Of a stretch of 64,000 nucleotides of DNA, positions 1 through 9,266 are shown piece by piece. A program made the position numbers and the translations under genes. The notes below the pieces were generated by a model, which was given only the letters and a program-made list of their open reading frames with translations, made no database searches and was not told the origin of the DNA. Location of the stretch: positions 51,904 to 115,903 of IMG/VR virus record IMGVR_UViG_3300030104_005320; one strand, 5' to 3'. The stretch's first letter is position 1; the number at the start of each line of letters is the position of its first letter. Source of the DNA: a virus.

Positions 1-108
1 GACTTCATGGCTATCGATAATCTAATTAAAGCTTATTCTTCTACACAAACGGCAACTAATTCAAACGATGAACTAGTCGTTCCTCCTGATAGAATTATGA
101 ATATATAA
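1..108 (+). CDS. 3' end of an upstream hypothetical protein (partial)
   Basis: Frame +1 is open from base 1 to TAA at 106-108, followed by a GGAG RBS for the next gene. Confidence 0.5.
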   Translation, partial: DFMAIDNLIKAYSSTQTATNSNDELVVPPDRIMNI

Positions 109-135
109 GACGCTTTATAAAAACGGAGAGCGGAT

Positions 136-771
136 ATGTTTACGCACAAAAAAATAGCTTGGCAAAGCTGGAATGCGTTGGTTCATCAATCTTTAGCGGA
201 AGAACAAGAAATGCTAAAAGAGCTTGAAGAAGAGATGCAATCAGGGGGCGGCGTCCCTCCAGAGGGAGCTTCTTTTCTTCCGGTTGAATCTTTTCAACAA
301 AGGGTTTTACATACTCCGGTGGGCATTTATCCCATGGATTCTTTGTTTAAACCCTCTGACAGATGGGACTGCTGGATCGGGCACACTAACTTTGACATAA
401 CCCATGCTGTAAAAAATGATCTATCAAAAGTGGCTGGAGTTGAGGCTGTAAGAATTTTAGGAAGATATACATTTTTTATTGGAATTGCAAAGCTTTTCGA
501 CATTAAAGATGTTAGGATGAATATTGAAAAACAATTATGCGTCTATACAGAACGAGAAGTTTTGTCTGACGAACAAACACAAGCGACTGTAGATATGGTC
601 AAAGAACAACTAAAGACTAAAAAATATTGGTCCATATTAGTGGCCCCTACCGGAAAGGTCGATTATGTTGTCTCAGACGATCTAGATAAAGCTTACTTAG
701 ACGGTTTGAATGAACTATTGGAACTTAAACAATTACTAGGCGGAATTATTTTAAGAGGAGATTATGGATAA
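136..771 (+). CDS. hypothetical phage protein
   Basis: 211 aa ORF with GGAG RBS; overlaps the sigma factor start. Confidence 0.75.
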   Translation: MFTHKKIAWQSWNALVHQSLAEEQEMLKELEEEMQSGGGVPPEGASFLPVESFQQRVLHTPVGIYPMDSLFKPSDRWDCWIGHTNFDITHAVKNDLSKVAGVEAVRILGRYTFFIGIAKLFDIKDVRMNIEKQLCVYTEREVLSDEQTQATVDMVKEQLKTKKYWSILVAPTGKVDYVVSDDLDKAYLDGLNELLELKQLLGGIILRGDYG

Positions 772-1228
772 AATTTTTGAAGACCACTGGAATAAAATTG
801 ACATACAAAATATCATGAACAAAGTTGCTGGCAGATATAAAACAGCAATAGATTTTGACGATATAGAGTCCATCAAAATGCAAACATTATGGAAATGTAT
901 TCAAAAGTACGATAAAACTAGAGGATCTAAATTTACGTCTTATCTTTATCAGCAGCTTTCTTTTGCATTTAAGAACAGACTAAAATCTAAAAAAATGGAG
1001 TTTGCTAATTCCGATATAGAAAAACAAGACTTCAATACAGGAAATAAGTATGAGATCATAGATATATTAACCGGCTTAGATCCTGAGCTAAAAGAGGTAA
1101 TAAATCAAAGATTTTATCACAATATGACCATGGTAGAAATCGGACACGCCAATGGGTATAGCAGAGAAACGGCTAGAAGGCGTTTAAAAAAGGCTATAAA
1201 AACATGCAAAAAAAACTGCATTTCTTAA
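764..1228 (+). CDS. phage RNA polymerase sigma factor (sigma70 regions 2 and 4 only)
   Basis: Region 2-like LWKCIQKYDKTRGSKFTSYLY; region 4 HTH MTMVEIGHANGYSRETARRRLKKAI; GAGGAG RBS. Confidence 0.85.
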   Translation: MDKIFEDHWNKIDIQNIMNKVAGRYKTAIDFDDIESIKMQTLWKCIQKYDKTRGSKFTSYLYQQLSFAFKNRLKSKKMEFANSDIEKQDFNTGNKYEIIDILTGLDPELKEVINQRFYHNMTMVEIGHANGYSRETARRRLKKAIKTCKKNCIS

Positions 1229-1236
1229 CGTAAATT

Positions 1237-1245
1237 TGTGTATAT
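1237..1245 (+). promoter_or_regulatory. candidate phage late-promoter motif TGTGTATAT
   Basis: Matches the TGYGTAYAT consensus also seen at 9035-9043 (+) and 56543-56551 (-), each just after a stop codon and ahead of structural-type genes. Confidence 0.5.
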
Positions 1246-1331
1246 CTTATTTAGGAACTGGATCTCTTTTTGGAAAAATTGGAAATATGAAAATTTTACA
1301 TTCTATTAAATTTTAGAAGGAGATTCTAATT

Positions 1332-2003
1332 ATGGCAGTTCCCGGCAACACGGCTGATTACCTGAAGAATACCACCGGTGGTGCGTTTGTTCAAACCAAC
1401 GAAGGTGGTACTATTCTAGGTAACACTTCGACAGGCACAGCTATCACTAAAGCATTAGCTTTAAAAGATAACGCAACAGATTTTCCAAGATCGCCAATTC
1501 CGGTTAATAAGGCCAACGGTCTTATCGGAAATCACAAACCTCTTACTGCGGGCACGTTCGCTTACGAGGCAGAAGGCAATTACACCATCGCCGCTTCAAG
1601 CACTACCATCTCTGGTGTTGCTAGTACAAAGGTGTTGATTACTAGTGCTTCTCCACGAGAAGCTATTCATCGCTTCATGCACTCCTTTGGTGCTAAAACT
1701 GTCACAGCATTTCGTGCTGGCCGCTTTAGCTGGACATCTACCAAGCGTACTGGTGCGGCTCTTGCCGCCAGAATTAACTGGCTCAATATCGCTTCTGGCG
1801 GTATGGACACTGCGTCTGCTCCAGCCGCTCTCAATGAGAACATGTGGGACCCAAGTGCTGGCTCTGTTTCGGCTAACAGCGACGTTGCTGCTAACCCAAC
1901 AAGAGCGGTTCCGGGTTCGCTTGTTATGAAAGTTGACTTTGTTGACTTGGACGAAGCCACTGGTGGTGACTTCTTCGTTTACAAAGCAATTACAGGTATG
2001 TAA
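1332..2003 (+). CDS. putative virion structural protein (Ala/Thr/Ser/Gly-rich)
   Basis: Low-charge, small-residue-rich composition; AAGGAG RBS; own terminator. Confidence 0.6.
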   Translation: MAVPGNTADYLKNTTGGAFVQTNEGGTILGNTSTGTAITKALALKDNATDFPRSPIPVNKANGLIGNHKPLTAGTFAYEAEGNYTIAASSTTISGVASTKVLITSASPREAIHRFMHSFGAKTVTAFRAGRFSWTSTKRTGAALAARINWLNIASGGMDTASAPAALNENMWDPSAGSVSANSDVAANPTRAVPGSLVMKVDFVDLDEATGGDFFVYKAITGM

Positions 2004-2015
2004 ACCTAAAACTCT

Positions 2016-2048
2016 GGGGCCGTTAATTCGGCCCTCTTTTCTATTTTT
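2016..2048 (+). terminator. rho-independent terminator
   Basis: GGGCCG-ttaatt-CGGCCC stem-loop followed by TCTTTTCTATTTTT. Confidence 0.75.
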
Positions 2049-2071
2049 AACATTACATACTGGGTATCAAA

Positions 2072-2392
2072 ATGAACGAAGCTTGGAGTCTAGCAAACGA
2101 TATAGCGGGGGTCATAGGCATGTTTTTAGTTCCCATCACCGGATGGGTTCTGTGGACTATAGTGACTCACGGGAAACAAATAATAGTATTGGAGCAGCGT
2201 GTGAACGATTCTTTAAACCAACGTATGAGATCTATAGAAAAAAGAGTAGCAGGAGTGGAAGAAAAAGTTGACGAGATTAGCGAAAATGTAACGGAGTGCA
2301 AGATCGTTATCAATGACAACAAAGCACTTCATACTCAGATCAACAGCAAGTTCGACACTCTCATAGACAAGATGAATGATATGAATTATTAA
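2072..2392 (+). CDS. membrane-anchored coiled-coil protein (holin-like)
   Basis: N-terminal TM segment (IAGVIGMFLVPITGWVLWTIV) followed by a heptad coiled coil. Confidence 0.55.
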   Translation: MNEAWSLANDIAGVIGMFLVPITGWVLWTIVTHGKQIIVLEQRVNDSLNQRMRSIEKRVAGVEEKVDEISENVTECKIVINDNKALHTQINSKFDTLIDKMNDMNY

Positions 2393-2414
2393 TTATTTTT
2401 TTTATCATTTTTAG

Positions 2415-2455
2415 AAACCGTTTGTGCGTATGTATAAACGGTTTTTTTTGTTTTT
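2415..2455 (+). terminator. rho-independent terminator
   Basis: AAACCGTTT...AAACGGTTT inverted repeat followed by a long T run. Confidence 0.8.
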
Positions 2456-2458
2456 CAG

Positions 2459-2488
2459 TTGGCAAATGCTCGTTGCTAGTAGTATAAT
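2459..2488 (+). promoter_or_regulatory. sigma70-type promoter for the nrdA operon
   Basis: TTGGCA (2459-2464), 18 nt spacer, TATAAT (2483-2488). Confidence 0.65.
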
Positions 2489-2538
2489 AACTTGTAACAA
2501 ACGCCATTCATAATATATCAACACATAAAGAGGACACG

Positions 2539-4767
2539 ATGCAAGTCGCAAAAAGAGACGGAGACAAAGAAGAGTTCTCCGTAGAGAAGATTCATAAAGT
2601 AGTGGAGTGGGCTACAAACGGTATAAATGGAGTGTCCTTTTCAGATATCGAAATGAACGCCAATCTATCTTTATATGATGGCATATCTACTACAGAAATT
2701 CATCAGATACTTATTAAGTCCGCCAACGATCTTATATCAACATCGACTCCCAACTATCAATATGTTGCAGCTAGACTTTTAAATATGCAATTGAGAAAAC
2801 AGGTATGGGGCTGTGGAGACGAGGCTACGCCCTTTGCTTTGTTTCTAGAGAGAAATGTTGATAACGGAATATACGATCCTTCGGTTCTGGAAAAATGGAC
2901 CGCTGAAGATGTTGAAGTGTTTTGCAATTACATTAATCACGAACGGGACGATTTGTTTACATATGCTGGGTTACAGCAGATGATAGATAAATACTTGGTA
3001 AAAAACAGAAGCACTGGCAGGATATATGAAACACCACAATTTGCTTATATGTGTATAGCCATGTGTTTATTCGAAACTACTTCAGAAGTAAAGAACGCAT
3101 ATGACTGCTACTCCACGTTTCAAATCAATCTGCCCACCCCGATTATGGCGGGCGTTAGAACTAACATACGGCAGTTTGCTTCTTGTGTTCTTGTTGATGT
3201 TGATGATAACTTGGATGGTATTTTTAGTAGTATACACGCCGTTGGAAAATACACTGCAAGGCGGGCGGGGATCGGGCTCAACATCGGAAGAATGAGGCCA
3301 ATCAATTCGCCCATCAGAGGCGGCGAGGTTATCCACACTGGCCTCATACCATATCTTAAAAACTTTGAGTCCGCTGTAAAGTCAACAAGCCAAAACGGCT
3401 TACGTGGCGGTTCGGCCACTGTTCATGTTCCTTTCTGGCATTATGAAATTGAAGATATTATGGTTCTCAAAAACAATGCGGGCACAGACGATAATAGAGT
3501 AAGAAAGCTTGACTACTCTATACAGTTTTGTAAGTTGTTTTACGAAAGGCTTGTTGCCAATGAAGACATAACGCTGTTCAGCCCCAACGAAGCCAAGGGT
3601 CTTTATGAAGCCTTTGGAGACAATGAAAAGTTTGAAGAGCTTTATCTTAAATACGAAGAATCTAAAAGTCTTAAGTTTAGAAAAAAGATTTCCGCTAGGA
3701 AGTTGGCCGAGATTTTTGCGAGGGAAAGATTGGAGACGGGACGAATATACTCTATGAACATTGACACCGCAAATGAACACGGATCTTGGGATGTTCCTTG
3801 TTATATGTCTAATTTATGTCAAGAGATCATACATCCAACAGTACCAATTAAATCTATAGACGATCCAAATGGCGAGATTGGAATATGTATTCTTTCTGCT
3901 TTGAATTTGCTAGAATTATCAACCGAGAAAGATATACAAAAAGCATGTCGAATGGCTGTCAGAACTTTAGAGTCTGTTATAGATTATCAAGACTATCCAG
4001 TTATAGCGGGAGAAAACTTTACTAAAAATAGAAGGTCTTTAGGGATTGGTATTACTAATCTAGCTGGCTTCCTAGCTAAAAACAAACTAAAGTACGGAGA
4101 TAAGGAAGCACTTGAATTAGTTCATGAAACGATGGAGCAGATTCAATGGAACCTCCTCAATGCCAGTTGTGATCTAGCAAAAGAAAAGGGTGCATGTGCT
4201 AAGTTCCACGAGACAAAATACGCAAGAGGATTGCTGCCGGTTGACTGGTACAAAAAGACTGTTGATGAATTGGTTAAGCCAAACTACAACATGGACTGGG
4301 AGAGCTTAAGAAAGAGAATAGAAAAATATGGACTAAGACATTCTACTCTGTCGGCAATCATGCCTTGTGAGTCCTCTAGCGTCATTCAGAACAGCACAAA
4401 CGGCATTGAGCCTGTACGTAGCTTGCTTTTATACAAGAAGGCTAAAAACGGAATATTGAAACAATTAGTGCCAAATTATCATATGAGAAAAAAATACTAC
4501 ACTATGGCTTGGGAAATGACCGATAACAAAGGTATGATGGACACAGCCGCTGTAATACAGAAGTTTGTAGACATGAGTATGAGCACTAATTTGTACTACA
4601 ACTATTCGCACCATGAAGATGGCAATGTTCCCTTGAGCACGTTGATTAGAGATCAAATATACGGATATAAATACGGATTGAAAAATTTCTATTACGCCAA
4701 TACTCCAGATGGAGATGGCGATACAGAAAAAGAAATGAATTGTGAATCAGGAGCCTGTGCGATATAA
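2539..4767 (+). CDS. nrdA: ribonucleoside-diphosphate reductase class Ia alpha subunit
   Basis: N-terminal ATP cone (VAKRDG), PTPIMAG, FASCVL, SNLCQEI active site, C-terminal CESGACAI. Confidence 0.97.
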   Translation: MQVAKRDGDKEEFSVEKIHKVVEWATNGINGVSFSDIEMNANLSLYDGISTTEIHQILIKSANDLISTSTPNYQYVAARLLNMQLRKQVWGCGDEATPFALFLERNVDNGIYDPSVLEKWTAEDVEVFCNYINHERDDLFTYAGLQQMIDKYLVKNRSTGRIYETPQFAYMCIAMCLFETTSEVKNAYDCYSTFQINLPTPIMAGVRTNIRQFASCVLVDVDDNLDGIFSSIHAVGKYTARRAGIGLNIGRMRPINSPIRGGEVIHTGLIPYLKNFESAVKSTSQNGLRGGSATVHVPFWHYEIEDIMVLKNNAGTDDNRVRKLDYSIQFCKLFYERLVANEDITLFSPNEAKGLYEAFGDNEKFEELYLKYEESKSLKFRKKISARKLAEIFARERLETGRIYSMNIDTANEHGSWDVPCYMSNLCQEIIHPTVPIKSIDDPNGEIGICILSALNLLELSTEKDIQKACRMAVRTLESVIDYQDYPVIAGENFTKNRRSLGIGITNLAGFLAKNKLKYGDKEALELVHETMEQIQWNLLNASCDLAKEKGACAKFHETKYARGLLPVDWYKKTVDELVKPNYNMDWESLRKRIEKYGLRHSTLSAIMPCESSSVIQNSTNGIEPVRSLLLYKKAKNGILKQLVPNYHMRKKYYTMAWEMTDNKGMMDTAAVIQKFVDMSMSTNLYYNYSHHEDGNVPLSTLIRDQIYGYKYGLKNFYYANTPDGDGDTEKEMNCESGACAI

Positions 4768-6335
4768 TGTGCGGTATAGCAGCATACGTTGGTAAAGATA
4801 ACGCATTTGATTTTATATCTAAAGCGTTGATCAAAATGGAATACCGTGGCTATGACAGCTACGGTATGCTTATAGAGAACGAAGAACATAAAGCTCTTGG
4901 TGCTCCGTCTGAAAGTATGCCAAAATTCATAGAAGGAAATAGAGGAATAGGGCACACACGATGGGCCACTCATGGCGAAGTAAGTATCAAAAACTGCCAC
5001 CCTGTTACTTATCTTGGTTGTCATGTTGTTCATAACGGCACAGTCGCAAATGAAAAGTACCACCGAACTAGACAGAGAGCTGACTATAACACCGAAACAG
5101 ACACAGAAATAATCGCTTGCGAGCTTTATAGAAGTATTAAGCTACATAAGGCAATTGAAAATCTAGATAGTATAGGAAGTTTTGTGGCTATGGTTGATTC
5201 AGTTTCTGGCCTAGCCGTCTATAGAGGGTCTAGTCCTCTTTATTATCAGGATGGAAAAATAGCTAGTGACTTAAGAGCCTTTGAGGGAAAAGTTTGTGTC
5301 ATACCAGAAAATACATTCTGCATGATCGACGACAGGTTTAGCCCTCCTGAATCGTGGGCAACCGTTGAAGTCGAGAAAGAGATCGAAGGCCATATAGAAT
5401 GTCATATGAAACACGAGATTTTATCTCAGTCGTCAATTATGAAAAATTTACAATTAACAAACACTAGAATCTTAGCGGGCAATCCTAGAGTAAAGCTGGT
5501 CGCTTGTGGCAGTAGTTATTATGCTGCTATGATGGCGGCACATTTTATGAACACCCAAGGGGGCTATGATGCAACTGCGGTATATGCCACAGAGTTTGTG
5601 TTCACGGGCCATGAAGGCACTATAATATTTATTAGCCAGAGCGGAGAAACCAAAGACGTTATAGACGCACTAAAATCAGTCTTGGACAGCCCCAAGTCTT
5701 GGAAGTCTTCTATTGATCCGGGCGGTTATGAAAAACTACCAATACATATTTTACAAAACAAAAAAGAATCTACACTGTCACAGTTGTGCGACCATTGCAA
5801 AGTGGTAAACATTGGTGTGGGCTTAGAGGTTGGAGTAGCGGCCACAAAGACATTTACATCTACTGTTCTACAGCTATCATCAATGGCTGGAATGGAAGTG
5901 GATTTGAATAGTGTATCTTCTTCGTTAAATTGGCACGATGAAGAACGGCAAAGTTATCTCGCACAAACCGTGAGCAAATATAAAAATGCTCTTATATTAG
6001 GCTCTGGAGAATTTTATCCTATAGCCTTAGAGGCGGCCCTGAAGCTAAAAGAAGTTGCATACCTGCACGCAGAAGCCATACCAGCAGACGAGATCAAACA
6101 TGGCCCTATTGCTTTGATAGATGAAAATACAATTTCTATTGTTATTGGAGATATTGATGATAGAATTGAAAACAACGTTAAACAAATAGAGTCTCGTGGA
6201 GGTAAAGTCATAAGACTTAACAATGGCCTCTGGGAAACTCTAGTAGAATTGCAATATCTTTCCTGCGATGTAGCGTTGCTTCGTGGGATAAATCCTGACA
6301 GACCAAGAAACTTAGCGAAAACGGTAACAGTATGA
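4767..6335 (+). CDS. glmS: glutamine--fructose-6-phosphate aminotransferase
   Basis: MCGI Ntn cysteine, EYRGYDS, GHTRWATHG, HNG, SQSGET, AATKTF, HGPIALID, PRNLAKTVTV terminus. Confidence 0.95.
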   Translation: MCGIAAYVGKDNAFDFISKALIKMEYRGYDSYGMLIENEEHKALGAPSESMPKFIEGNRGIGHTRWATHGEVSIKNCHPVTYLGCHVVHNGTVANEKYHRTRQRADYNTETDTEIIACELYRSIKLHKAIENLDSIGSFVAMVDSVSGLAVYRGSSPLYYQDGKIASDLRAFEGKVCVIPENTFCMIDDRFSPPESWATVEVEKEIEGHIECHMKHEILSQSSIMKNLQLTNTRILAGNPRVKLVACGSSYYAAMMAAHFMNTQGGYDATAVYATEFVFTGHEGTIIFISQSGETKDVIDALKSVLDSPKSWKSSIDPGGYEKLPIHILQNKKESTLSQLCDHCKVVNIGVGLEVGVAATKTFTSTVLQLSSMAGMEVDLNSVSSSLNWHDEERQSYLAQTVSKYKNALILGSGEFYPIALEAALKLKEVAYLHAEAIPADEIKHGPIALIDENTISIVIGDIDDRIENNVKQIESRGGKVIRLNNGLWETLVELQYLSCDVALLRGINPDRPRNLAKTVTV

Positions 6336-7402
6336 AAACTATTTTTAACACTAAAAATGTAGATCCAATGAGCCAGCCCCTCTTTCTAGGAAAAGATTTG
6401 GGTGTTCAGCGATATGATATTATAAAGTATCCTGTGTTTAAAGGTCTTGATAGTAAGCAAATGATGAACTTTTGGAGACCAGAAGAAATCGAACTCAAGA
6501 AAGACCGAGGCGATTTTAAAGAGATGTCTGACAATGAGAAGTTTATCTTTACATCCAATCTCAAATACCAAACGATGCTTGATAGCGTCATCTGTCGCGG
6601 CGTTCCAACTCTTCTAGAGTACGTAACAAATACAGAACTAGAAGCCTGCATGATGACTTGGCAGTTCTTTGAGAAGATTCACAGCCAGTCTTACTCGTAC
6701 ATTATCCAGAACGTATATGCAGATAGCTCAGAAGTATTCGGAGGGATATACGAAGACAAAGAGATTATGAAAAGGGCAAAGAGTGCCATGGATGATTACA
6801 ATAATCTTATGGGGATGGCTTGCGAGTCAACTAAACTGACAGACCTGAAAAAGCAGATCTATATGACTATTGTAAGCATTAACATATTAGAAGCCGTTAG
6901 ATTTTATGTGTCGTTTATTTGCTCCTTTGCCTTTGCAGAAAACAAAAAGATGGCCGGAAATGCCGACATCATAAAGCTAATCAAAAGAGATGAAGCGTTA
7001 CACCTAGCTAACACTCAAGAGATATTGAAAATATTACACAAAGAAGATAGCGAAGGTTTTGTGAAGGTGGCCCGACAATGCCAAGATGCAGCTTGTGAAA
7101 TGTTTGAAAACGCCGCACACGAAGAGAAGCAGTGGGCATCTTATTTGTTTAAGGATGGTTCTATTCTAGGGCTAAACGAGACAGTCTTACACCAGTACAT
7201 TGACTGGCTTTGCATGTCTAGAAGAAAGGCTATCGGTTTGCCATATGAAAGCGTAGGTAAAAATCCAATCGCTGGCTGGACCGGTCCTTGGATGAGCAGT
7301 GAGTCTGTTCAGGTTGCACCACAAGAGCATGAAATTACTAGCTACAAGATTGGAGCCAGCAGAAACGATTTAGAAGATGTGGACTTTGCAGGACTTTTAT
7401 AG
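6332..7402 (+). CDS. nrdB: ribonucleoside-diphosphate reductase class Ia beta subunit
   Basis: FWRPEE, EKIHSQSY (radical Tyr), EAVRFYVSF, RDEALH, QVAPQE. Confidence 0.97.
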   Translation: MKTIFNTKNVDPMSQPLFLGKDLGVQRYDIIKYPVFKGLDSKQMMNFWRPEEIELKKDRGDFKEMSDNEKFIFTSNLKYQTMLDSVICRGVPTLLEYVTNTELEACMMTWQFFEKIHSQSYSYIIQNVYADSSEVFGGIYEDKEIMKRAKSAMDDYNNLMGMACESTKLTDLKKQIYMTIVSINILEAVRFYVSFICSFAFAENKKMAGNADIIKLIKRDEALHLANTQEILKILHKEDSEGFVKVARQCQDAACEMFENAAHEEKQWASYLFKDGSILGLNETVLHQYIDWLCMSRRKAIGLPYESVGKNPIAGWTGPWMSSESVQVAPQEHEITSYKIGASRNDLEDVDFAGLL

Positions 7403-7414
7403 TGGAGAACCGTT

Positions 7415-7771
7415 ATGGAAATGAAAAGAACTAGCGTAAATCTTTTTACATTCACGGAAAAGGGAAAAGGCAAACTAGAAATGGTGGTTCTTTCAAATAA
7501 AAAAGGATACTATGGAATTATAGAAAACGTGTTTGTTGAGCAAGAGTTCAGAAGGAGAGGCATAGCCGCTAAACTTATTAACGAGGCTAAATGTTTAGCC
7601 GAAACTCTAAAGCTTTATAAAATTGTTTTGACATGCAGTAAGGACTTAATTGAGTTTTACGAAAATTGTGGGTTTGAATGGCAGCAAGACGGTCAAGCAT
7701 ACTGCATGAGATCTGACTTCAAACAAAATATAAATGTTCCAATAAGGAAAACAAATGAAGAACAAAGTTGA
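7415..7771 (+). CDS. GNAT acetyltransferase, glucosamine-6-phosphate N-acetyltransferase (GNA1)-like
   Basis: GIIENVFV..FRRRGIA acetyl-CoA motif; YKIVLTCS..LIEFYENCGF resembles the GNA1 C-terminal motif; glmS nearby. Confidence 0.7.
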   Translation: MEMKRTSVNLFTFTEKGKGKLEMVVLSNKKGYYGIIENVFVEQEFRRRGIAAKLINEAKCLAETLKLYKIVLTCSKDLIEFYENCGFEWQQDGQAYCMRSDFKQNINVPIRKTNEEQS

Positions 7772-8423
7772 ACTGCTAGGATATTACGGATCAGATGAGA
7801 CTATAGCTTGTAGTGCTTGGACTAGCACTAGTCGTGATTTAACAGACGATAAAAAAGCAAGAATCCCCAAACTGATTGATATGCTATGGAGCAACGGCCA
7901 TGAAACACCATTCGAGAAGGGTACTGTTCATTTTCTTGTTGATACTGATATTGCCACTCATATACACCTACTTAAGCATAGAGTTTCTTCGCTTAATGCT
8001 GAATCAGCTAGATATAAAGAATTAAAAGAAGACAAATTTTATCTACCTCTAGACTGGGGGGAAACTAGAGTCGGATCTTCTTCAATACCAAGGCTCGCAA
8101 TAACCGGAGAGCATAGGTGGGTAGATATACTTGCCCAATACACAAACATAGGAAACGAGCTTTATCACAAATGTATTGATGATCTAACTCCGGTAGTTGG
8201 AAGAAAAAGAGCTAAAGAATCTGCAAGATTTTTCAAAACATATAACTCGCAAATTCAGGCTGACGTTATGTTTAACATGAGAAGTTTTGCAAACTTTCAA
8301 AAATTAAGAAATCACAAAGACGCACAGTTAGAAATTAGGGATATAGCTGTTGGGATGTTGGAACTGGTAAAAAACATAGAAGGACAACCATTCAAACATA
8401 CTTTAAAATCTTGGAATTATTAG
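7755..8423 (+). CDS. thyX: flavin-dependent thymidylate synthase
   Basis: GHETPFE, KHR-x-S...ESARY ThyX motif, ESAR, AQLEIR. Confidence 0.92.
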   Translation: MKNKVELLGYYGSDETIACSAWTSTSRDLTDDKKARIPKLIDMLWSNGHETPFEKGTVHFLVDTDIATHIHLLKHRVSSLNAESARYKELKEDKFYLPLDWGETRVGSSSIPRLAITGEHRWVDILAQYTNIGNELYHKCIDDLTPVVGRKRAKESARFFKTYNSQIQADVMFNMRSFANFQKLRNHKDAQLEIRDIAVGMLELVKNIEGQPFKHTLKSWNY

Positions 8424-8425
8424 CC

Positions 8426-8611
8426 ATGAATATAAACATATTAAAACAAAATCTAAGAACACTAAAGAAGGACTCTCAAAAAATACAAGAGCTGACGGGC
8501 AAAGAACCATCTGAAGATGGATATCTTATGCTAGGTATCAAAAATCTAGAACTAATCATAGGGAATATTATATTTAAAGACGCCATAAAGGAGTCTAACC
8601 CCAACAAATAA
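8426..8611 (+). CDS. small hypothetical protein
   Basis: Fills the gap between thyX and the next gene; ATG at 8426 preferred. Confidence 0.5.
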   Translation: MNINILKQNLRTLKKDSQKIQELTGKEPSEDGYLMLGIKNLELIIGNIIFKDAIKESNPNK

Positions 8612-8636
8612 GACTGAAGAAAGGAAACGTGATATT

Positions 8637-9032
8637 ATGACAAACGACCACATAGCTAGAATGAACATGAGAGAAAAATTCATCAAACAAAAAAAATGCG
8701 AAAAATCAAATTGCTGTAGAACCACAACACGAGAAACGCTTCAAACCTACATTAGACTAGTGACTCAGTGGCATAAAGACAGAAATCTTATAGAAGGCAG
8801 CACAGATAAAGACCAAACTCTTAAATTAATGCAAGAACTTGGTGAACTTTCTGACTCCGTGTGTAAAAATAAAGACGTAAAAGACGACATTGGAGACATG
8901 TTGGTTGTTATGATAAATATAGCCGAAAGAAACGGCATTTCTTTAACGGACTGCCTAGAAACAGCTTGGAACGACATCAAGGACAGAAAAGGCAGGATGG
9001 TTGATGGTATTTTCGTCAAAGAAGGCGATTAA
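8637..9032 (+). CDS. MazG-like nucleoside triphosphate pyrophosphohydrolase
   Basis: WHKDRNL, KLMQELGEL, DDIGDMLVV, AWNDIKDRKG..VDGIFVKE. Confidence 0.85.
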   Translation: MTNDHIARMNMREKFIKQKKCEKSNCCRTTTRETLQTYIRLVTQWHKDRNLIEGSTDKDQTLKLMQELGELSDSVCKNKDVKDDIGDMLVVMINIAERNGISLTDCLETAWNDIKDRKGRMVDGIFVKEGD

Positions 9033-9034
9033 AA

Positions 9035-9043
9035 TGTGTACAT
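9035..9043 (+). promoter_or_regulatory. candidate phage late-promoter motif TGTGTACAT
   Basis: Second copy of TGYGTAYAT, immediately after the MazG stop codon. Confidence 0.5.
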
Positions 9044-9080
9044 AATAATGTCCCGATGTATTATTTATCAGGAGATTAAA

Positions 9081-9221
9081 ATGCCTATTCTAAAAGGCCG
9101 AATTGCAAGTTGGGTAAGAGAGCGAAAGCTCGTCAGACGTACCGCTTTAGTTGGTGGTATTGTCGTTGGGATTTACTATATTGGAGTCGCTGCTGGTTGG
9201 TGGCCCAATTTTCTTGCATAA
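9081..9221 (+). CDS. small membrane protein
   Basis: AGGAG RBS before ATG 9081; basic N-terminus and one TM helix (ALVGGIVVGIYYIGVAAGWW). Confidence 0.6.
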   Translation: MPILKGRIASWVRERKLVRRTALVGGIVVGIYYIGVAAGWWPNFLA

Positions 9222-9266
9222 ATCAAAACCAAAAGGGAAAGGACTCCCTTACTTTAAGGACTTTGT

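Noticed and set aside
9233-9255. AAGGGA-aaggac-TCCCTT hairpin as a terminator
   Set aside because: Only a 6-bp stem with a poor U-tract; not confident enough to list
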